Part shown: one piece after another, positions 22,960-34,429 of the stretch | Numbering within the stretch: the stretch's first letter is position 1 | How the letters are laid out: each line of letters starts with the position of its first letter | Source of the DNA: Octopus bimaculoides | Lineage: Eukaryota | Assembly (NCBI RefSeq): GCF_001194135.2 | Contig: NC_068994.1 | Span: 20,352,711 to 20,387,488, forward strand | Reading direction: 5' to 3' | Length of the DNA stretch: 34,778 bases | Notes under the pieces: generated by a model | Database searches by the model: none | What the model saw: only the letters and a program-made list of their open reading frames with translations | Told to the model about the DNA's origin: nothing | Translations under genes and position numbers: made by a program

Positions 22960-24515
22960 GAACTGTAATAATCTGATAGCTCTGCGTCGGCAAGAATTGA
23001 AAAAATATGGAAAAAAGTGAAAGGGGTACAGTGAACTTGCTGCGAGGAGTGGAATATCCAACGTTTCGGATTAAATCTTTCGTCAGGGGGCAGAGAAACA
23101 GGGAAGAAAAGGAAAAGAAAAGTCAAACAAAGTTTACATCCTCTTCGCTTGAAAAACTGGTTACAACTGATAATGGATGCAGAATAACACGGGCTGCAAA
23201 GTGAATCAGAAGTTATAGGAGAGGGCGTGCAGAAAGGAGAAGGAAAAGGATGATGGAAAGAGTAGAGGTAAGTAAATACGGGAATGTTGCAGAGAGAGTG
23301 TGAAAGGAGGATTAAAAAGGGTAAAAAAGAATTAAGAGGAGGTGAAAGGATGAAAGGAAAAACGTTCATTCATACCTGTTGGGGACATAGTGCCAAGATC
23401 AAATACGAGACGTTGCTCCGTTCGTTTCCTAGAGAAGGGGGATCTGTGGTGCAAGGCCATACCACACACTGATAAATCTGCAATAGAATGATTCACGGTG
23501 TTGAAGTAGGTGCAAACAGGTTGGCCCGGCGTACGAAGCATTATACTTCTGATGTGTTCGAGATAACGATCCCCAAGGCGTTGCCCTGTTTCTCCAATGA
23601 AAGGAGCACCGCAGAGTTTGCATACAATGCAATATATGAGATTCACCGAAGTGCAACAGAAGTGGTGGTGTGATGTGATATTGCTTCTTGGGCCCCGTGA
23701 TGTTGGTAATATTGTTGATGTAGAGACATGTGTTACATCGTCGGCGAGAACATTTAAAGGTCCCCTGTTGTGCGGAGCTGGGAGCTGTGAAGCTTCTAAC
23801 AAGGAGATTTCTAAGACTCCTGTCTTTTTTAAAAGACAGGAGAGGTGGTGTGGAAAAGATAGGGGTGGTTGTTGGGTCAGAAAGGAGAATGCGAAAGTTG
23901 TAGATGAGTTTGTGCATTAGAGGGTGGATGGGCGGGTGGTAGGTGAGAGAAAGTGGGATACGGTCGGTGGAAGTGCGTGAAGATGGTAGGAGAGCTGTGG
24001 TGCGGTTGATGGCTTGGGCTCGGTGGAGTACCGAGTCGACAACTGATGGAGGATACCCTCGATTTAGAAAAAAACTGTCGCATCGTTTTGCAATGGGATT
24101 CGAAATCCGAATCGATGCTGCAAAGTTGTCGAAGGCAAAGAAATTGGGAGAAAGGTATAGCAGATTTAATGTGTTTGGAATGAAGGGAAGAGTAGTGGGG
24201 GTAGGAGTGGGAGTCAGTAGGTGTATAGTAAACAGAGGTGGAGAGGTGGGTGTTGTGTATTTTAATGGAGGCAAACAGAAGTATCAGATTTGGTGTGGGT
24301 GAATTCCAAGGCTGGGTGAAAGGTGTTAACAAAAGAAATAAAATCGTTGAGCTGTTGTCTGTTAAGGCTTGTGGCGCCAACGCAGTCACCAATGTAACCA
24401 CCATAAAGCTCTGGGATGGGTCCAGGGAAGTGAGCAAAGATTTGCTCCTCTACATAACCTACAAAGAGGTTGGCATAATTGTGTCCCATCCTGGTGTCCA
24501 TAGCAACACCACTGT
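22960..24515 (-). mobile_element. Penelope-like element (RT C-terminal half plus GIY-YIG endonuclease), decayed, 5'-truncated
   Basis: GVAMDTRMGHNYANLFVGYVE, YGGYIGD (YIDD degenerate), YYTPTDSHSY; GIY-YIG NLIYCIVCKLC...FIGETGQRLGDRYLEH...EQRLVFDLGT...GMNERF. Confidence 0.92.
23058..23090 (-). ncRNA. Minimal hammerhead ribozyme-like motif in the Penelope 3' region
   Basis: Minus strand reads CCCC-CTGACGA-AAGATTTAATCC-GAAA-CGTT-GG: core boxes CUGANGA and GAAA, imperfect stem II, palindromic AACGTT helix III. Confidence 0.6.
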
Positions 24516-25434
24516 AATAATCATTAGACTCCGTAATATACTTAATTGGTGTCTATCTTAAACAATAAGCACCAATACTTTAAGTTATACTGGACTCTTG
24601 AACATTTTATCGATATATAAGATAAACAGGTGATGCTTGGATGTTGACATCCCTTTTTAAGAGGTATCTATATCCTCAATATATATTTGAAGCTGACACG
24701 AGCTCGAATCATTCTGTTTATTTTTTGCATTTGTTTTATAAACGGAAAACGCTGATAGACACATTGTTATTAACAACACATTTTTATAGGAAGAAAGAAA
24801 AAAATTTAAAAATATAAAAAATCAACTATCGAGAGAAAAAAATATAAATCATCCAACAGCGTTTCTACTCTCTTGCTCAAACTGTGTCACTACATGGTTG
24901 TTCTGTATATCTTTCGTATTCGAAAGTTCATTCCAAATGCTTAACCAATCAACCCCTTACGCGTAATAGTCGGAGATGCTAAATGCAGGCGAACTGTAAT
25001 GAGATGTTTTGCACTGAAGTCGTTGGTGTTTTAATCATGTCTTGCAAACAACTCGCACATGCAAGTGCTACCAGTCGAGAACACCGCATAGCGGAAGCCA
25101 GCAAGTGTATGGGATCATCAGGAGAGAATGCGCGCCGTTTCGGGGCCTACCTCTCGACAGCATCAATGCGCACCGGCCCCCCTCACTTATATGAGTCACC
25201 GTTTGCTAGATCAACTGGTTAACAGATATAGCTCAGTATTCTTCTAGCTATCGCTCATCGTCTCTTTTTAAGCAAATCCAGTGTCTAGCCTTCTCCACTA
25301 TAGTTTGGATATCACTCATGGTGGTATTTACCTTACAATGAGTTAGGACTAACAATAACAACAGTCGTCTCATACTGTGTCCGACAAACCCTCTATATTT
25401 TATTAATTTATATTTTACTTTATTTTATCAATTT

Positions 25435-25590
25435 CACACACACACACACTCACTCACTCACACACACTCAGACACTCACAAAAACCCTCAGACGCGCGCT
25501 CGAACACATACGCACACACACTCAGACACTCACAAAAACACTCAGAAGCGCGCTCGAAAACACACGCACACACACACACATACACATACA
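25435..25590. repeat. (CA)-rich tract containing a tandem duplication of about 54 bp
   Basis: cacacactcagacactcacaaaaac.ctcaga.gcgcgctcgaa occurs at about 25461 and 25515. Confidence 0.85.
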
Positions 25591-25739
25591 CATAAATTCA
25601 TATGAAATAAAATATTAAACACATGTTTTCAAAGTATTATCACTCACCTAACATCTATACATTATATATTAAAGGGTGTGCCCCAGCGTGGCCGCAAAAT
25701 ATAGCACACGTTCGAACGCGCACAAACACACACGCACGC

Positions 25740-25875
25740 ATAGGTGTGGGTAGGCACTTTCAGTAAGTATCTTCTACTATAGCCCAAGGCCGACCAAAGC
25801 CCTGTAAGTAGATTTGGTAGACGGAAACTGAAAGAAGCCCATCATATGTGTGTATGAATGTATGTATATATGTAT
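25740..25875 (+). mobile_element. SINE fragment (second SINE family) ending in a TA/TG/TATG tract
   Basis: cttctactatagcccaaggccgaccaaagcc.tgt.agt.gatttggtagacggaaactgaaagaagccc, recalled as a cephalopod SINE body; not confirmed by search. Confidence 0.65.
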
Positions 25876-27860
25876 GTCATTATTCAGTTTTATTGTAAGA
25901 TTTGTTGCCAATAGAGAAAGAGTCAGTTTGTAACCTAGATCCAAGACTCCTTCATTGGAATTTCCACATCAACTGGGAATTTTTGAATGTATGTATGTAT
26001 GTATGTATGTATATGTATGTATGTATGTATGTGCGTATGTATGTATATATGTATCTACGTATGCAGATTTGTATGTTTTGTCTTATGTATGTATTCTCAT
26101 GAATATAGTTGCATGTCTAGACATGCTCATATATACTTGAATGATAAACTTCTAGAAAGTTTTACAGATTTTTACAGTTCTATTCATGGTTTGGATCTGT
26201 AGTCTTCGAAGTAGCTTTCTCCTTTCTGGTTTTGAGAAGCCTAAATTCTCAAAATTGGTATTTAGGCAGTGTTACATATCCCAGTGCCCCAATGATTCCA
26301 GATATAAACCTGAATTTGTAATCTGGATAGAGTAGCTGTACGTTCAGCGTAGGTATTTTCTTTTTCGCTGAATTTTAGCTTTATGCTAACATCCGCTGAG
26401 CAGCTGATTTCCACAGCTGTACAGTTTCTCTTTTTTATTACAAATTACTATGTCAGGTCTCTTACATTTACATTTTATTGAGGTTTTCACTGGGACATTC
26501 CACCAGTACTCCTTTTTATTACGAGTGGCTATGGCTTCTATCATACTGCAGGCTCTTATGTTCTTTTTTGTTTTTTGGCCTCGGGTTGATCCTTCCGACG
26601 GATCTCATTATACAGTGTCCTAGCTACAACATCATGTCTTATCGGTTGATGATACCGTGATGACATTTTTGGAACTGCATATGATGTGGGTGATATCTTC
26701 GGTGTTAACTCCACAAAGTCTGCATCGATTATCACATTTTGCTGTTTTTCCTTCATCTCTATCTCTTTTTGTGCATCAGATATTTGGTTGATATTTCTTG
26801 TTCTTGGATTGCAAATACATCAAAGTGGAAGTCAGTAATCCGGTTGTTGGTCCATGATAGATTGTTTTGATGAGCAATGTTACGATCAAATCCGGAATTT
26901 TCCATTAACATATCAATGCATGGTCTTCTGCTGATATATGCTCATCTTTTCATCTACGTTGCGGTAGTCACGCGATTTCTTTGGGCATATATTTAAGGTT
27001 ATCAGACAAGGAATGCTGTTCAAGGAACTGCTTTCCAAGTCTCATGATGCAAACTTGATCAAGAGATGCACTTCGACACTTGGTGGATCGCGGTTAAGCC
27101 TCTTCCCCCTTGTTTTCGTTTTAGAAGGAGGCGAGCTACATCACTGTTGATGTAGAAATTATGTATGCTAGTTTTCACATTAATGACTGGGATCTCATCA
27201 AGCGTCCAATCAAGGAGCCCAAAAGTTGGTATGAGTACTGGCACTGCAAACACAAGGCGAGCCACTGTTTTATTGAATGCAGAGAGTTCCGAGGTCCAAA
27301 TTTTCTTTATTCGACCGTAATATTCTTTAGTGACACGTGTTTTGTCACAGGTGCTACTGTAAGATATGTTTTCCTCCACCCCTGTCTGTAACATTCATCA
27401 TCAGATATAGGGGAAACAGTCAAGTCATTGATGGAGATGTTGCTAGTCTGGCTTACAGTTTTCCCTTTTTTCAGCACCATATAGCAACATTTATCTTGAC
27501 CAAACTCCAGCCTTATATACTTTGAGAATGTTGTAACCAGGTCAAGGCTCTTTTTCATCTCATGCATAATCTTTGCACATTATTTCAAGTCATCCACAAA
27601 GAAACGGTGTTTAATTTTGGTATTTCTGCTTCTTTGTGAACCAATGAGATATCCTTCAGATTTCCTTAACATGAAAGACAAGGTGTTTACAGAAAGTATA
27701 AGCAACATCACAGAGAGTTTGTCCCTTTGGAATATGCCTTTGCGATACTGTATTCTATCAGTGATAATACAATCACTCCTTGTAGTTAACTTTAAGACGG
27801 TGACCCACGATGAAGTCAGGTCAGTTAGGGCTTTGACTAAGCTCTTTATGTGTTTTTTTT
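25876..27860 (-). mobile_element. R4/Dong-like element (type F), decayed, with (ACAT)n-rich 3'UTR and tail
   Basis: GIFQRDKLS, FVDDLK, RKQGGRGL, AIQEQEI, CRLCG..EDITHII, RHDVVAR, RPDIVI, IIGALG. The 3'UTR ends aataaaactgaataatgacatacat. Confidence 0.88.
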
Positions 27861-27875
27861 TGCCATGTGGGTGTT

Positions 27876-28034
27876 GATTACATTGATCCCAGTGTTCAAC
27901 TGGTACTTATTTTATCAATCTCGAAAGGATGAACGGCAAAGTCGACCCCAGCGGTATTTCAACTCAGGACGTAAAGACGGACGAAATGACGCTAAGTATT
28001 TTGCTCGACGGGCTAACGTTCCTATCAGCTCGAC
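27876..28034 (-). mobile_element. tRNA-derived SINE, same family as 20418-20633, 3'-truncated
   Basis: Reverse complement gagctgataggaacgttagc...gagttgaaatacc...gtcgactttgccgttcatcctttcg...gataaaataagtaccagttg. Confidence 0.8.
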
Positions 28035-30329
28035 AACTTAAACATTGAGCAACAGATATTTAAGCTAGTCATTCGCCGCAGTCTCATGAGCTGGGTGAGG
28101 TATGCTGAGGTCACGAGCATAACTTCTTCCTCTAACCTCCAATTAACTTGCTGAAAAGAAACTTACAGCTGTGAGCACCACGAACATTTCGCAAACTTCG
28201 TAACAAACATACAAACAAATGGTTGTGGGCTTGTTATAAAAGCGATAAAATTATCACTGATTCACAGGTGTTTGGATGACTGGGAAAAATAATTAATGAC
28301 CTTGGTTTTGTTGATTATATTTTTGACTGTTGATGAATTGTCGAATGTGAATAGCTTTAAAAATAGGAGTGTTACGAGTAAAATCTTTTTATCTAACTAT
28401 GCAAAATACGTAATGGTTATAAAATGGATTCCACTTTAGTTACAGTTTTCCTTCACTTTTTCACATGGCTGGAGAAGAGTATACATTTTTTTTTGTCGAT
28501 AGCAACTTTCATTTGCATTCACAGACAATTAACAAGAATACTTCATAGAATAGTTTAAAATGTGTGACAATTTCTTTTAAGTCTGTTGTCATTGCATATT
28601 CATATTCGTTAACCGAGCTCGGACAGAGTCAACGACTGCTGAAAAGTTGCAAGACACAAGGAAAATTTTAGGAAAAATAAATCAATAAATGAGTGGAAAC
28701 TGAAGCGGTGAGTATGTTAAATAATAAGGCACTAAAAGAGAATGACTCATCCCAGACACAACAATGTGTGTGTGTGTGTGTGTGNNNNNNNNNNNNNNNN
28801 NNNNNNNNNNNNNNNNNNNNNNNNNNNNNNNNNNNNNNNNNNNNNNNNNNNNNNNNNNNNNNNNNNNNNNNNNNNNNNNNNNNNNNNNNNNNNNNNNNNN
28901 NNNNNNNNNNNNNNNNNNNNNNNNNNNNNNNNNNNNNNNNNNNNNNNNNNNNNNNNNNNNNNNNNNNNNNNNNNNNNNNNNNNNNNNNNNNNNNNNNNNN
29001 NNNNNNNNNNNNNNNNNNNNNNNNNNNNNNNNNNNNNNNNNNNNNNNNNNNNNNNNNNNNNNNNNNNNNNNNNNNNNNNNNNNNNNNNNNNNNNNNNNNN
29101 NNNNNNNNNNNNNNNNNNNNNNNNNNNNNNNNNNNNNNNNNNNNNNNNNNNNNNNNNNNNNNNNNNNNNNNNNNNNNNNATTATAAGAAGTGGACAATAT
29201 ACGATAAAACGCGTAAATTAACGTCGTAAGTTACGCACTTCTCATATCGAAATTAAGAGGAATTTCAATAGTCTGATTGTATTCTTACAATTCACGGTTT
29301 AGCAACTAAAGCTGCTAATTATGCGAATAAAGATCCATAAAGTAAGGGGTGGAACAGGTGACGTACGGATTACAGTTGTTTCATAGCAAAGTTGAAGGAA
29401 TGCTAAGTAGAGGGAGGAAGGGGATGGATAGGATTAACAATAAAATATCCTTTACCCAAAGATGCCAAGGGATAATGGGAGGCAACGGTTACAGCGTAAG
29501 GTTTTAGATGTCTAACCTAGATGAAGACACTGATATCGGAGTAAGGTCAACCAAAGCCAAGAAAGCTACGAAGTAGTGTTTCCGTGTAAATAAAGGATAC
29601 ATGTATATATGTACACACATAAGTATATATAAGCATAAATAGATACATACACGCGCACACCCACAGACACACACACATACATGCGTATATATATTGTATA
29701 TACACTACATATATATATNNNNNNNNNNNNNNNNNNNNNNNNNNNNNNNNNNNNNNNNNNNNNNNNNNNNNNNNNNNNNNNNNNNNNNNNNNNNNNNNNN
29801 NNNNNNNNNNNNNNNNNNNNNNNNNNNNNNNNNNNNNNNNNNNNNNNNNNNNNNNNNNNNNNNNNNNNNNNNNNNNNNNNNNNNNNNNNNNNNNNNNNNN
29901 NNNNNNNNNNNNNNNNNNNNNNNNNNNNNNNNNNNNNNNNNNNNNNNNNNNNNNNNNNNNNNNNNNNNNNNNNNNNNNNNNNNNNNNNNNNNNNNNNNNN
30001 NNNNNNNNNNNNNNNNNNNNNNNNNNNNNNNNNNNNNNNNNNNNNNNNNNNNNNNNNNNNNNNNNNNNNNNNNNNNNNNNNNNNNNNNNNNNNNNNNNNN
30101 NNNNNNNNNNNNNNNNNNNNNNNNNNNNNNNNNNNNNNNNNNNNNNNNNNNNNNNNNNNNNNNNNNNNNNNNNNNNNNNNNNNNNNNNNNNNNNNNNNNN
30201 NNNNNNNNNNNNNNNNNNNNNNNNNNNNNNNNNNNNNNNNNNNNNNNNNNNNNNNNNNNNNNNNNNNNNNNNNNNNNNNNNNNNNNNNNNNNNNNNNNNN
30301 NNNNNNTATATATATATATATATATTCTT

Positions 30330-32490
30330 TAAAATGATTCAGCTTCAAAGCTGCAGTCATGCTGGGGCACCAGCGTTGACAGAGCTACACCATTATTTGA
30401 AACCTCGTATGTGCTTCCTGCCATGAGGCAGGTTCGTCTGGAACTTTGACAGGAAGAGATCCAGTTTTGTCTTAAAGACACATCCATACCGTGCAGGTCT
30501 CTCAGGCATTTTGGAAGGATAGTGAAGAGCTGTGGGCCCTTGAAGCCCATGCTGTTGCAGTATCTGGGTCTGTATTCTGATGGCGATGCTGGGATCTTTA
30601 GCACTTTACAGTGGCGCTCCGTTCTGTAGTTTGAGTAATTTTCAATACCAAAGTTTGGAACAAGGCCTTCTAGGATTTTCGAGATGCATATCACTACATA
30701 TCTTTCCCACCTTCGTTCTAGGGAGAATTGTTTTAATTATTTCAGCCTTTCCCAGTAGCTGATACTTTGCATGGAGACGATTTTCTTAGTGTAGCATCGT
30801 TGGATTACTTTGAGGTCCACCGTGAATTTTATATTGTGTGGTGACCATAGTTGGAAGCAGTAGTCCTAGCGGCTGAGGATGTATGTCCTCCAAAGGATCA
30901 TCAACGTCTCCTTTTCTTTTCTTTTGAAAGTTCTGATGATCCGTTCAGCCAGCCGTTTGCATTTTATTACCAAATTGGTAATATGCACTTCAAAAGATGC
31001 ATTATTGCTCATGTCAGTGCCCAGGTCATGCACTGATTTTGATTCAGGGATTTCAGTTCCTCCTGTGCCAGTGTATCCTGTCTGCATGTCGTTTAGCTTT
31101 GTGCGCTGGTAGCGTAGGGCCTGGAATTTTCCTGCATTAAACTGCATGTTTTGTCCTCATCCCACCTGTATATTGCATCCAACTCCCGTTGCAGATGTGC
31201 AATATTTCCAGGATTTTGTATTGTCTGAGAGACTTTTGTGTCATCTATATAGCTAGCAAGTGTGACTATCTGAGCAACTGAGGGTATGTCTGAATAGCAG
31301 TAGCCCTGAAACAGTGCCCTGTGAAACACCACTTGCTATTTATATTTCCTTGGAGGTGGCTGCGTTGGCTACCACTGCCTGATGTCTATCTTTCAGAAAG
31401 TCGTGCAACCACTCTCCAAGTTTTTCGCCTATCCCGAGATCACACAGCTTGTGACATATCATACCATGGTCGACTTAGTCAAAGGCTTTTGCAAAGTCGA
31501 GATATATCACATCCATGCTTGAGTCATTCAGCAGCTGTTTTAATACCCAGTCGTAGTGTTGCAGGAGCTGTGTTAGACAGCTTCTAAATGGTTGAAATTC
31601 ATGCTGGGTGTCAATCAGCATAGTTTCTTACGGACTATTCGTTTCATGACTTTACTGATGTGTGAGGTCAGAGAGATAGGCCTATAATTTTTAGCATCTG
31701 CTCTGTTTCCTCCCTTATGGATAGGGCATATTATCGCTTCCTTCAGTTTGTCTGGGAGCTTACCGCTTGCAAGGAAGCTCTGAACAAGAACCTGCAGTGG
31801 TTTCGCAAGGGCTCGTTTGCACGATTTGTGAAGGACTACTGGAAATCTATCAGGTCTAGCAGCTAAGTTTGTGTCAACCTCATTTGTGGCCAGTGTTACA
31901 TCTTCTTCGATGTTTATGTACTCAATTTTTGCCTCTTTGGTTACAGGAAAAGTGGCAAAGAATTCTGCTGGTTTGTTCACATGCCTGTGTCCCAGAGGTG
32001 TTGTGAACACACTTTGGAACTGTTCGTTCAGTATTTCACTTATCCGCGTGGGGTATCCTGTGAGGGAGCCATCTTTTTAGATGAAGGGCGTACTGAGCTT
32101 GTTTCTTGTGGCGTACTGAGCTTGTTTCTTTGGAAAGCATAAAGAAAGCTTTAGGGTCCGACTTGATATTTTCTATAACCCAAGCTTCTTTATCTGCTCT
32201 CTCCTTTTCATGAGACTTATGCAGACTTTTCTCAATCTCCAGTAGCGCTTTCTCCAGGCGAGACTTCCTTTCCATAGGGATCCTATTTTTGTGCTTGTTG
32301 GCCTTGCACAATAGGACAGATTTGTCACACATAGCTTGTATTATGGACATGAAATGTTTGTGTTTCATGTCAATGTCTGATGTGGAGAGACATCTAGGCC
32401 AATCCTGTTTGAGGATCTCTTTCTCAGTCACGGTCCAATTTGCTGTATGAAAATTTAGTTTGGAGAAATTTTGGGTGCTTCGTATAGGCT
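30330..32490 (-). mobile_element. CR1-clade LINE ORF2 remnant (linker, RT, C-terminus, 3' tail)
   Basis: IKSDPKAFF, ICPIHKGG..NYRPISLTSHISKVM, DFAKAFD, YIDDTKV, FNAGKF, SLERRWERY, KGPQLFTILP. The tail abuts (TA)n and a gap. Confidence 0.9.
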
Positions 32491-32573
32491 GTGGGACTGA
32501 ACCCAGAACTATGTGGTTGGTAAGTAAGCTACTTACCCCACAGCCACTCCTACGCCTATCACAGCCACTCCTA
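32491..32573 (-). mobile_element. SINE tRNA-like head inserted at the upstream end of the CR1 remnant
   Basis: Reverse complement ggcgtaggagtggctgtggggtaagtagc...catagttctgggttcagtcccac has A-box-like and B-box-like (gggttcagtccc) motifs. Confidence 0.75.
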
Positions 32574-33129
32574 TATCCTTTATTCACATGTTAACACTAC
32601 TTCTTGACCTTGAAGGTCTTTACCTCGTTGTCAGTGTCTTCCTATGATTATAAAACGCTCACCTCGCTTCCGTCATTCATGCTTAACAGATGCCCAAGCC
32701 TTGCTCTGGTTTTAATCTGACTAAATTACTCCTCTCGTGTTTTGGGGAGGCAAAGCGACGAGGAAGGGTTGTTTCGTTTTCATGTTTTTGTGTGAATGGA
32801 AAGGATGTTTTCTATCGTCTGAAGTTTCACCGGCTGCCAATACTTTCTTCTCAGACAACTCATTCAGTTTTGATGCAGAAGCAGTGGTAACTGTAAGGAT
32901 TCCTGGACAGTAACTAGTGCGTATTTTCCTCCATCTTGCTTCCTTGACAACCTTCAGTCATAAATCAAACAAAAATCGTTACTGAATCCCTAGCATATTG
33001 TATATTGTCAACGCTCACAGTAATCAATCGGTCAAGATGGTCAGATAGACGTTATCCTATTAGGTTTAGTAAGGCATTAGCAATAGAAAGAAATAGAATT
33101 GAGGAAAACTTAGAAACGTAGGATAGACG

Positions 33130-33715
33130 CTTAGAAAAAGCATCGCAATCAACATGTTGGCGGCGATGTTGGCTCTGCGCCTATATTTCAACGCTAAACA
33201 CGAAGGGCACATTGTCAGAGCAAAGGCGCATTCTCTAAAGAACGAGGGAAGGGAAGTAACTCGATGGGCCTGAGTGACAGAGGCGCAGCGTGACAACAAA
33301 GCCACAATTCGGTCTTTGGTAGACCAAAATGAACGCATGATACTCGATCTCGAGCAGATGCGTGCAGCATTTCAGCAGCACTTCGCTCAACTGTTTGGGA
33401 TGAATGGTAGTCCGGAACGCAGGATGGACGGCATGCTATGACTCTCGGCAAGGGAGGTGCAGTGTTGTAAAAGGCCGATAACAACTTCAGAAATTCAAGA
33501 TATAATGATGGGCTGAACGGGGACCAAATCACTTGGTTTGGATGACCTGCTCTACGAGCTTCACTTTTATATGCCAGACTTGTTTGGCGGCCTCTTAGCA
33601 GATATCTACCGTAACTGGCAGCAGAACCGATAATTCGTAGTTCTGTGGGTCGAGAAGCGGTGGCACTGCTAAGAAATGACCCAAACAAAATAGATCAAAT
33701 CGAAAATTCGGATCT
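33130..33715 (+). mobile_element. L1/Tx1-like ORF2 fragment (EN-RT linker and RT domain 0)
   Basis: KHEGHIVRAKA...TIRSLVDQN...AFQQHFAQLFG, KSLGLDDLLYE...MPDLFG (KSPGLDG-like), VALLRNDPNK. Confidence 0.78.
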
Positions 33716-34060
33716 TTCTGATTTGATGGGTGCCACTTTTTATTTATGTTTTATTTAGTGTGTTTTCTACCGAAACACTTTAAAAGTTCGTATACTTGTA
33801 TATTTTGTCTTCTAGAACAGAGAAAAAATTTTATATTCGAACTTATTTCATGTTAAAAGTTATCGTATTTCGGCAATTTCAACAAATCACTGACGTCTAT
33901 TGAGGTGAAAACAATTACTACTGTGGAATGTAAACAAGACGTTCTAGCGGTGTAATGGGATCTTTTCCCTTGAATAAAATTAGTACCGTTGTTTGTCAAC
34001 AACAACTATCGGCGGTACTGTTATTTATGACATCGTTCGTGCGTTTGTATTAGTTTTAGC

Positions 34061-34246
34061 TTTAGGGTTTTAGGGTTAGGGTTCGGGTTTTAGAGTTAGG
34101 GTTAGGGTTAGGGGTTTAGGGGTTTAGGAGTTTAGGGTTAGGATTTTAGGGGTTTATGGTTAGGGTTAGGGTTTGGGTTAGGGTTTTAGGGTTAGAGTTT
34201 GGGTTAGGGTTTTAGGGTTAGGGTTAGGGTTAGGGTTAGGGTTTGG
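34061..34246 (+). repeat. Interstitial degenerate telomeric repeat (TTAGGG)n
   Basis: TTAGGG units mixed with TTTAGGG, TTTTAGGG, TTAGAG and TTTGGG variants. Confidence 0.92.
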
Positions 34247-34429
34247 CAAAAATACTTATAACCCTAACATACACACTCATATATGTGACGTTGTTGTCGT
34301 CATGATTTGAAATGTCCTTTACCATCTCGTACACATGGAACGTACAAATACACACCAAAGTGAAGGAATAAAAGTGAAGCATTATTACACAACGGTAATG
34401 TAAATATCTTCGCTCCTTTGCGTCACAAG

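Noticed and set aside
29290-29395. X-box-like and CRE-like motifs (ggtttagcaac, gtgacgta, gtttcatagcaaa)
   Set aside because: Imperfect matches between two gaps with no associated gene evidence.
21255-30360. Long ORFs made mostly of X
   Set aside because: Artefacts of reading through N gaps.
20418-32573. tRNA genes
   Set aside because: The A/B-box-like sequences are SINE heads with no cloverleaf, continuing into SINE bodies.
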